Shown: in pieces, positions 7,772 through 14,061 of the stretch | Numbering within the stretch: the first letter of the stretch is position 1 | Layout of the letters: each line of letters opens with the position of its first letter | NCBI RefSeq assembly: GCF_002214165.1 | Contig: NZ_CP019964.1 | Location: 900,001 to 932,000, forward strand | Direction of reading: 5' to 3' | Length of the DNA stretch: 32,000 nucleotides | DNA from: Candidatus Saccharimonadota bacterium | GTDB lineage: Archaea > Micrarchaeota > Micrarchaeia > Micrarchaeales > Micrarchaeaceae | Program-made: the position numbers and the translations under genes | The notes under the pieces: generated by a model | Databases searched by the model: none | Seen by the model: the letters and a program-made list of their open reading frames with translations, nothing else | Told to the model about the DNA's origin: nothing

Positions 7772-8539
7772 ATGAAAAATACTTTTATAAAATATAAAAA
7801 AGGCGTAAAGCTGAAATCACCTATACTTATAGTTGGTTTGCCTGGAATAGGTGCGGTAGGAAAGCTTGTAGCTACCCAAATGATAAAGGAGTTTAAGGGC
7901 AAGAGGATAGCAACACTATATTCTTCACATCTTCCCCCAAGAGTAATAATGCTAAAAAATGGAAAGGTAAGATTGGTAAGCAACAGGTTTTATTTACTGA
8001 AAACAAAGACCAAAAATGACATCGTGATATTAACTGGAGAAGATCAAGCAGTAACCCCAGAAGGGCAATATACAGTCAACAACGAAATTGTAAGATTCTT
8101 CAAATCTGAGTTAAAAGGAAAAGAGATAATTACCGTTGGGGGTTATAACATATCTGGAAATTATACAGATTCACCTAGAGTGCTTGGCAATGCCTCATCA
8201 GATAAAGTAATAAAGGAGTTTAAGAAAGCAGGTGTTGTATTCGGTGAATCCAGAGGCACCATATTTGGCGCTGCAGGTTTAATAGTTGCATTCTCAAAGA
8301 TGCAAAAACTTGACAGCATCTGCATAATGGGAGAATCTTCATTGATAGATATGGATCCAAATGCAGCAAAAGCAGTGCTGAAAGTCCTTTCTAAAAAATT
8401 CAGCTTAAATATAGACATGAAGAAAATAGACTCAATGATTGAAGCAACCGCAAAGATGATTAAAGAGCTGGAAAGTCAAATGTCGTCAAATGCAGCACTG
8501 CCACCAGAATCGAAGGAAAATTCCTCATATATACGTTGA
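7772..8539 (+). CDS. PAC2-family protein (proteasome assembly chaperone-like, COG1938-type)
   Basis: SPILIVGLPGIGAVGKLVATQMI...ATLYSSHLPP...ILTGEDQA is a PAC2-family pattern. This family commonly follows aIF2alpha/Nop10 in archaea. ATG at 7772; the track starts at a GTG at 7763. Confidence 0.7.
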   Translation: MKNTFIKYKKGVKLKSPILIVGLPGIGAVGKLVATQMIKEFKGKRIATLYSSHLPPRVIMLKNGKVRLVSNRFYLLKTKTKNDIVILTGEDQAVTPEGQYTVNNEIVRFFKSELKGKEIITVGGYNISGNYTDSPRVLGNASSDKVIKEFKKAGVVFGESRGTIFGAAGLIVAFSKMQKLDSICIMGESSLIDMDPNAAKAVLKVLSKKFSLNIDMKKIDSMIEATAKMIKELESQMSSNAALPPESKENSSYIR

Positions 8540-8549
8540 ATCGGGAATG

Positions 8550-8559
8550 TTTTAATATT
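8550..8559 (+). promoter_or_regulatory. TATA-like box (TTTTAATATT) for tRNA-Gly
   Basis: Centred about 28 nt upstream of the tRNA 5' end. Confidence 0.4.
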
Positions 8560-8582
8560 TTTCTTGCAATGTTAGTACATAT

Positions 8583-8670
8583 GCGCTAGTAATCTAGCCT
8601 GGTAGGATACTGGCTTCCCATATTAATTTGAAAAAAGCCAGAGGCCCGGGTCCAAATCCCGGCTGGCGCA
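8583..8670 (+). tRNA. tRNA-Gly (anticodon CCC) with a 15-nt intron (8621-8635) at the canonical 37/38 position
   Basis: Hand fold:
- acceptor GCGCTAG/CTGGCGC (one G.U)
- D stem ATCT/GGAT
- anticodon stem CTGGC/GCCAG, mature loop TTCCCAA
- T arm CCGGG-TCCAAAT-CCCGG
- discriminator A
- C2:G71 and G3:C70 fit Gly identity
The bulge-helix-bulge is relaxed: 3 of 4 central pairs. Confidence 0.7.
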
Positions 8671-8690
8671 AATTGCAAAATAGAGAATTA

Positions 8691-8700
8691 ATTTAAATAT
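8691..8700 (+). promoter_or_regulatory. TATA-like box (ATTTAAATAT) for tRNA-Ile
   Basis: Centred about 32 nt upstream of the tRNA 5' end. It has the same core as the elements upstream of tRNA-Ser and tRNAi-Met. Confidence 0.4.
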
Positions 8701-8727
8701 TTTCTCATTAAATATACTGCATATTAT

Positions 8728-8815
8728 GGGCTTGTAGCTCAGCTTGGTCAGAGCGGCGGTCTTATAATACCAATAAGAAAGCCGTAGGTCGAGAGTTCAA
8801 ATCTCTCCAGGCCCA
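8728..8815 (+). tRNA. tRNA-Ile (anticodon TAT = UAU) with a 13-nt intron (8767-8779) at 37/38
   Basis: Hand fold:
- acceptor GGGCTTG/CAGGCCC
- D arm GCTC-AGCTTGGTCA-GAGC, typical of archaeal tRNA-Ile
- anticodon stem GCGGT/GCCGT, mature loop CTTATAA
- T arm GAGAG-TTCAAAT-CTCTC
- discriminator A
The bulge-helix-bulge is canonical. The 4-bp helix CTTA(8761-8764)/TAAG(8774-8777) is flanked by the 3-nt bulges TAA and AAA, which places both cuts exactly at 37/38. Confidence 0.8.
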
Positions 8816-8989
8816 TTAATAAAATTCCTCATCCTACTTATCCCAAATTCAAAGCAGTTCAAAACAGATGCACAATGGGCGTTATCTAAACACCTAAAAA
8901 TGGAAATTGCTTTAGAACAAGTAAATAAAAAATCCGTTAAAATTATAAATTAAATATCTAAATCTAAGTGACTTATCTAAGTGATAATT

Positions 8990-9985
8990 ATGTCAGAGAT
9001 GCCACAGATTATAAAAGAAAAGATGACACATCAAGGGTACCATTTTGTCGGAAAGCATTCCGCTGTAAAAATATGCGAGTATACCGCAAACGGGATAGAA
9101 GGAAAGACTTTGTGCTATAAATATACCTTTTACGGAATACATAGCTGGCAGTGCATACAGGCCACCCCTGCAATAGGTTGCGACTTAGGGTGCAAATTCT
9201 GCTGGAGGTTAATACCAGAGGAGATAGGGGTTAATTGGAATGAGCTGAATGCTGTAGACCATTGGGACGACCCAGATTCGATAGTCGATGGAATGATAAA
9301 GGAGCAGCTTAGGATAGTGAGTGGCTACAAATCAGGTGCAGATACCAACCTGAAAAAAAAGAGGTGGGAAGAATCAAGATACCCCAGACATGTTGCTCTG
9401 AGTCTTACAGGGGAGCCCACATTTTATCCTAAAATGAGCGGCCTCCTGAAAGCTTTCCACAAAAAAGGCATAAGCACATTCTTAGTTACAAACGGGACCC
9501 TCCCAGAAGCGATTGCAAAGATGGATCCTTTACCAACACAGCTTTATATATCCGTAGAAGCTCCAGACAAGGAAACTTACGTGAAAGTAACACGTCCTAA
9601 GATACCTGATGCATGGGATAGGTACATGAAGACCCTTTCAATGCTGAAAACGCTTAAAACCAGGACCGTGTTCAGAATGACTCTTGTAAAAGGCCTCAAT
9701 ATGGACAATATAGAGGGTTATGCGTCGCTTGTTAAATTTGCGATGCCTAATTATGTAGAAGTGAAAGGGTTTTCATTTATCGGAGGTGCAAGGAACGAAG
9801 CCCGTGGCCTTAACCTATCAAGCATGCCTTCACACGAAGAGATAAAGGAATATGCACACAAGCTTTCTGAATTAACTGGCTATAAAGAAGTTTCAGAGCA
9901 CAAGCCTAGCAGAATAATGCTTCTGTGCAGAGACGAAGAGTCTGCAAAAAGCAGGATAATTGACTTCAGCAAAATCACTGCTTAA
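8990..9985 (+). CDS. taw1: tRNA 4-demethylwyosine synthase Taw1/TYW1 (radical SAM)
   Basis: HSAVKICEYT...CYKYTFYGIHSWQCIQATPAIGCDLGCKFCWR carries the TYW1-type CxxxCxxC radical-SAM cluster and upstream Cys motif. The rest matches the archaeal Taw1 layout. Confidence 0.85.
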   Translation: MSEMPQIIKEKMTHQGYHFVGKHSAVKICEYTANGIEGKTLCYKYTFYGIHSWQCIQATPAIGCDLGCKFCWRLIPEEIGVNWNELNAVDHWDDPDSIVDGMIKEQLRIVSGYKSGADTNLKKKRWEESRYPRHVALSLTGEPTFYPKMSGLLKAFHKKGISTFLVTNGTLPEAIAKMDPLPTQLYISVEAPDKETYVKVTRPKIPDAWDRYMKTLSMLKTLKTRTVFRMTLVKGLNMDNIEGYASLVKFAMPNYVEVKGFSFIGGARNEARGLNLSSMPSHEEIKEYAHKLSELTGYKEVSEHKPSRIMLLCRDEESAKSRIIDFSKITA

Positions 9986-10292
9986 TGTCAGTTATAATAT
10001 GTTTCTTTGTCCCACACCGGTTGCATTTGTACAATATCTCTTTACCCTTTTTCAAAATTCTTACCTCTGCTGTCTCGCCAGGGACTAAAAGGCTATTGCA
10101 TTTTCTGCAGAACCTGTCTTTTACACTTCTGCTTAGCTTGATCCTATGATGAGAAGAAATCTTCCGCATCTCTGATATGCAATAAGCGGCATAATCACGA
10201 TTATCTTCATTCAACAATGCGGTGTCAAAGAGTATCCTAACCCTATCATTGGCTATCTTATTGATGTTTATGGAGCTTTTATGCTTGTGCAT
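9975..10292 (-). CDS. rnp4: RNase P protein component 4 (Rpp21/Rnp4)
   Basis: 105 aa. A helical N-terminus is followed by the zinc ribbon RFCRKCNSLLVPGETAEVRI....YKCNRCG, typical of Rpp21. Its 3' end overlaps the taw1 3' end by 11 nt (convergent). Confidence 0.8.
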   Translation of the reverse strand: MHKHKSSININKIANDRVRILFDTALLNEDNRDYAAYCISEMRKISSHHRIKLSRSVKDRFCRKCNSLLVPGETAEVRILKKGKEILYKCNRCGTKKHIITDIKQ

Positions 10293-10304
10293 GTAATTAC
10301 GCTT

Positions 10305-10829
10305 TTATTCAATGTTGAGCTTTTCCAATATGGTATCAAATAGCTCATTGCTTTTTGAAGAATCCTTGATAGTTATAAGATTTCCATCAAATTCCAGTTC
10401 TTTACGCGATGGCGTTCCATGGAATAGTTTCACGAACCTGGTTACTTCAGAGTCGCTTTCTATAGTGGCTATCTTCCTGTTGTTTATTACATTTGCCCTA
10501 GCGACCAAACCAACGGCATTACCAAAAGCGATTATCCATTTGTTTGAGTTATTAAAGAGCATTACAAGGTCAAGCAATGGCCTGAATTCATATAGCTTGT
10601 ATTCGTCTATGCCCTTCCCATCAACCAGTATTAACCCGTCAAAATTATCAGGATTTACCAAGTTGGTATTGAAATCGATGTCAACCACGTCGCCATGCAT
10701 GCCAACGCAGCTGTCCTTTGTATAACTGCTTATCTTATAATTGACATCCCATCTCTCAAAAAACATCTTGATTGATTTTAAGGTTTCATCCTTGAAATCT
10801 TTAGGCTCTATAAATACGAGAAACTTCAT
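10305..10829 (-). CDS. DJ-1/PfpI-fold protein lacking the nucleophile cysteine
   Basis: The layout matches DJ-1/PfpI (FDGLILVDGKG ~ YDALVLPGGxG; DGNLITIKD ~ DGNLITSRG). The nucleophile elbow AICHGP is replaced by IIAFGNA. Confidence 0.55.
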   Translation of the reverse strand: MKFLVFIEPKDFKDETLKSIKMFFERWDVNYKISSYTKDSCVGMHGDVVDIDFNTNLVNPDNFDGLILVDGKGIDEYKLYEFRPLLDLVMLFNNSNKWIIAFGNAVGLVARANVINNRKIATIESDSEVTRFVKLFHGTPSRKELEFDGNLITIKDSSKSNELFDTILEKLNIE

Positions 10830-10906
10830 GACTACACCAAATTTGCAATATTAAATTATTGGACTATAAATTTAATATATGCTTTCTTTAATTGCAATCT
10901 GGGATT

Positions 10907-11320
10907 TCAATTTATGCTTCTTGAAATGCGGGACAGCTTGTGCCCTTTGGCCTTGAGCTCTATCTCATAGAATCTGCCGAATGCCATCTTGTACACCTTG
11001 AAATTCCTTTGGGACAGCCTTTCTTCAAGCAGGTCAAGCATTTTGATTGCGTGGCCTGGGTCGGTCAAATCAGCAAACATATGGGCATATGGGTTCAAGA
11101 CCAGTGTATAGACACCAAGCTGCGAAGATATGCTCTGTATTTCATTTACGGCCTTGTCAATAATATTGACATAATCATCATTGTCGCTTTTTTCAAAGCT
11201 TATGAAGAAAAGCAGGGCATTTTTGACGTCCAAACTGCTTGAATCCCCAACTAATGTAGACCTGCCTTGATCTGCAGGTGTTGCCTTGAAGTAATCGACA
11301 TGCCACATCATGAACTTCAT
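10907..11320 (-). CDS. Free-standing homologue of the archaeal threonyl-tRNA synthetase N-terminal editing domain (tRNA-Thr_ED / DTD-like fold)
   Basis: 137 aa. MKFMMWHVDYF.., ALLFFISFEKSDND, LVLNPYAHMFADLTDPGHAI..L and FGRFYEIELKAKGHKLSRISRSI align motif by motif with the Pyrococcus ThrRS editing domain as I recall it (MRVLLIHSDYIEYE.., [53 protein letters not shown]). Confidence 0.7.
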   Translation of the reverse strand: MKFMMWHVDYFKATPADQGRSTLVGDSSSLDVKNALLFFISFEKSDNDDYVNIIDKAVNEIQSISSQLGVYTLVLNPYAHMFADLTDPGHAIKMLDLLEERLSQRNFKVYKMAFGRFYEIELKAKGHKLSRISRSIN

Positions 11321-11349
11321 AAAACCTCTACCTTATAAGAAATATAAAA

Positions 11350-12279
11350 TTATTTTTTAACTTCTGCTGCCTTGTCCTTGCTGTCCGCGTTTTCCTTGTC
11401 CTTAGCTTCATTATCCTCTTTCATTATCCTTGATATTGCCTTCAATGCGTATTCGCTGAGCTGGTCTTTGATCTTGGGCTCATCATCCAAATTGCCATCC
11501 GCGTATATGTCAACTCCAAATGCCAGCTGGGTTATATTCTTTATCTCTATAGAAACATTTTTGACCGTACTTTTGCTTACTCCTTCATTGAAGTAATCCC
11601 TAAACCTGCTGTAATCTATCTTTATGTCTACTTCAACATGGCTGAATACCCTGATCTTGCCAACTCTCTTCTTGTTGAATATAACCGCTTGGTTCATTAT
11701 GCTGTTTGGCACCACTATAGGAGTCCCGTTGTCCGCTACCATCTCAGTATACATGATCCCTATTTTACTTACAGTGCCTGTAAATCCTGGGACCATAACA
11801 TCGTGCTGGTATGTGGGTGCTATAAGGCCATACTGCCATGTTGATATTGTTACCTTCTCTCCTATGGAAAAGGGCTTCGAAGCCATAAGCTCAAATCCTG
11901 CTATAAGGTTGCCTATCGTGCTCTGTGCTGCCAATCCAAGGACTATGCCCAAGAATCCTGCACCTACCAGCAACCCCATCACATTGACTTGCAGCTCATT
12001 AAGTATTACTATTAAAAGTATGGTATATGCAACAACCTCAAAAAGATCTCCGACCACTTTCGTTTCGTTGTTCCTTGACTTTACTCTATCCTTTATGGTC
12101 CTGCCTACCATCTCTATTATTATTATTCCAGCAATACCTACTATCAATGCATGTATCCATATAAGGTCCACATGTGCATTGACGAAAAATTTAGAGTAAA
12201 CCCCAAGCAAATAGGAGACTATGAAAGCCAACACTATCACGAGCAATCCAACCATTAATAAGCGTCTGTAAATTCCCAA
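11350..12279 (-). CDS. Small-conductance mechanosensitive channel (MscS family)
   Basis: N-terminal TM helices are followed by GFLGIVLGLAAQSTIGNLIAGFELMASKPFSIGEKVTI, the MscS pore-helix/beta-domain signature. The C-terminal tail is Lys/Asp/Glu-rich. Confidence 0.85.
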   Translation of the reverse strand: MGIYRRLLMVGLLVIVLAFIVSYLLGVYSKFFVNAHVDLIWIHALIVGIAGIIIIEMVGRTIKDRVKSRNNETKVVGDLFEVVAYTILLIVILNELQVNVMGLLVGAGFLGIVLGLAAQSTIGNLIAGFELMASKPFSIGEKVTISTWQYGLIAPTYQHDVMVPGFTGTVSKIGIMYTEMVADNGTPIVVPNSIMNQAVIFNKKRVGKIRVFSHVEVDIKIDYSRFRDYFNEGVSKSTVKNVSIEIKNITQLAFGVDIYADGNLDDEPKIKDQLSEYALKAISRIMKEDNEAKDKENADSKDKAAEVKK

Positions 12280-12303
12280 AACATACCACCAAAAATGAAA
12301 AAT

Positions 12304-13119
12304 TCACTCCATATAAGGAGCAAGATAGTAAGAAACTTTAGCGTCCCCTATATTATAGTTCAGCCTTATAGGCTGGTCCGACTTCATCTCCAAGGTGATT
12401 GTTTCGCTGGATGGACAGGCGCTTATCATCCTGCTAAGGTAATCAAGGTTAAATGTTGCTGAAGAAGGTTTTTTAGTGTCGATCTTGTGTATTTGCTCAT
12501 TATCGCTTTTGAATTCTTCTTCAAGCTCTCCTGCATCTCCCTTTGCGGAAACTATAAGGGTATCCTCTTCAAGCTTGAAACCAACATAGGTTGACAGCTG
12601 TGCTGCATCTTTCAATATCCCTTTGAAATAGTCGCTCTTTATGCTTATTGATGAATCAAACTCTATCTTTGGTTCCGAGTCTGTAGATTTCTTCACATCT
12701 ATCATTGGCAGTATATAGCTCCTATGTCCATTGCTGCTCAGGAACTCCAGTATCATCTTGTTGTCCTTATCCTTCATTGATAGCTGCTCTCCACTCCTTG
12801 CGCTGTTCAAAAGCTTGCTGAAATTGCTTAAATTCAAGCCTATATAGTATCCTGAAGACTTCTCCTCCTTGTCCTTGCTTTCCTTTTCGCCATCAGAATC
12901 TGCAGATTTTGCCTTTGCTTCCGCTTTTGCGGACACATCAAATTTTGAAAATATCTTATTCGGGGCCTGGAATGACACCATACTTATTCCAGATGGATCC
13001 ATGGCCTTTAAATTGATGCCCTCTTTTGAAATGTAAAATGACCCTTCGTCAACCAAGCTGACAATCGAGTCTGTGCAGTTCTTCCAGTACTTTGCGTCAT
13101 CTATTTTTATTTCGAACAT
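12304..13119 (-). CDS. pcn: DNA polymerase sliding clamp PCNA, with a charged low-complexity insertion
   Basis: MFEIKIDDAKYWKNCTDSIVSLVDEGSFYISKEGINLKAMDPSGISMVSF... and C-terminal ..VSYYLAPYME are PCNA-like. There is a ~27-aa insertion (AKAEAKAKSADSDGEKESKDKEEKSSG) at aa 64-90. Confidence 0.9.
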   Translation of the reverse strand: MFEIKIDDAKYWKNCTDSIVSLVDEGSFYISKEGINLKAMDPSGISMVSFQAPNKIFSKFDVSAKAEAKAKSADSDGEKESKDKEEKSSGYYIGLNLSNFSKLLNSARSGEQLSMKDKDNKMILEFLSSNGHRSYILPMIDVKKSTDSEPKIEFDSSISIKSDYFKGILKDAAQLSTYVGFKLEEDTLIVSAKGDAGELEEEFKSDNEQIHKIDTKKPSSATFNLDYLSRMISACPSSETITLEMKSDQPIRLNYNIGDAKVSYYLAPYME

Positions 13120-13245
13120 ACTATCACCTATTAATTACCCCCAAATAACATTATAATGTTAAATATTAAAAGTATTTGTTTTTGACTAAACTCTATATAC
13201 TATCAGATTTGAAGTTTTCTGCAAATTAACCTAAAGATTTTTTAA

Positions 13246-14061
13246 ATGTGGAATTTATATATAAGCATGCAATTTTTCAAAGCGCTAACGTTGATGAAGA
13301 AGGACTTAAAAGAAACCTTCTCTAGCATATCAATATATGGGCCAATGCTCGGAATACCTATATTCTTTGCGATAATCCTTCCAGTAATGACATTTTACAT
13401 AACCTTGTATGCGGCACCTACAATAACTTCAAAGCTCCTTCCGACAACCATAAAGGTTTCGTCATCCGTTCTGTCAAGCAGCATAAGAAGCATAAAATTC
13501 ATGGAATTCTTCTCTGTCAACGTGCTAGGGCCGGTATTTTTGACAATGCCTATATTTACAGCATCTGTGATAGCGGCAGACAGCTTTGCAGGAGAAAAGG
13601 AAAGAGGCACTTCAGAATCATTGCTGTCCACACCAATCTCAAAATCCGAGCTCCTTTCAGGAAAGATATTGGCCTCTTTTGTGCCTACAATATTGTTGAC
13701 TCTTGCCATATTCGGAATATATGGAGCCGTTACCGATTACTTTTCAATAAGTGTTTTTCACTTTGCAATACTACCAACCATACCATGGCTTTTGATGCTT
13801 GGGACCGCACCGTTTCTGGCAACTGCCTCAATAGGTCTTGTCGTTCTGGTATCATCACACGTCAAAGGTGTTAAAGAAGCGCAGCAGATAAGCACACTGC
13901 TTGTACTGCCTATTCTGGTGCTCCCGTTTGCATCAATAATAGGGCTGGCAGTGCTTAATGTCGAATTCCTCGTGTCTGCAATTGTGATATTGGCAATATT
14001 GGATGCAATAATAATGTATCTTGGAATAAAAAGTTTCAGGAAAGAGTCTATCCTCCAATAG
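13246..14061 (+). CDS. ABC-2 type transporter permease (no adjacent ATPase gene)
   Basis: Six predicted TM segments and the motif ADSFAGEKERGTSESLLSTPISKSELLSGKILA, typical of NatB-like ABC-2 permeases. An alternative start is the ATG at 13267. Confidence 0.65.
   Translation: MWNLYISMQFFKALTLMKKDLKETFSSISIYGPMLGIPIFFAIILPVMTFYITLYAAPTITSKLLPTTIKVSSSVLSSSIRSIKFMEFFSVNVLGPVFLTMPIFTASVIAADSFAGEKERGTSESLLSTPISKSELLSGKILASFVPTILLTLAIFGIYGAVTDYFSISVFHFAILPTIPWLLMLGTAPFLATASIGLVVLVSSHVKGVKEAQQISTLLVLPILVLPFASIIGLAVLNVEFLVSAIVILAILDAIIMYLGIKSFRKESILQ

Noticed and set aside
10011-10020. CCCACACCGG, resembling the core of the 19-bp inverted-repeat arm (CCCCACACTTCCGG)
   Set aside because: It lies inside the Rpp21 zinc-ribbon codons (CNRCG on the minus strand) and lacks the TT and the flanking bases. 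It is a coincidental partial match.
10848-10878. 10-bp inverted repeat ATATTAAATT/AATTTAATAT, and similar A/T-only dyads in other promoters (for example AACATTATAATGTT at about 13167-13180)
   Set aside because: They consist purely of A/T in very AT-rich intergenic DNA. Such dyads are expected by chance and probably just overlap TATA boxes.
10312-12199. Long plus-strand ORFs 10312..10725, 10940..11242, 11372..11596, 11624..12199 and 11638..11844
   Set aside because: They are antisense to the DJ-1-like, ThrRS-editing-like and MscS genes, which have family motifs. Their translations are S/L/T/F-rich low-information sequences.
13246-14061. ABC-2 permease as part of a system with the neighbouring ATPase gene
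   Set aside because: The neighbouring 580-aa protein is a HerA/FtsK-type ATPase, not an ABC ATPase. It is convergent, overlapping 14 nt at the 3' ends, so the two are not an operon. The permease simply lacks a local partner.
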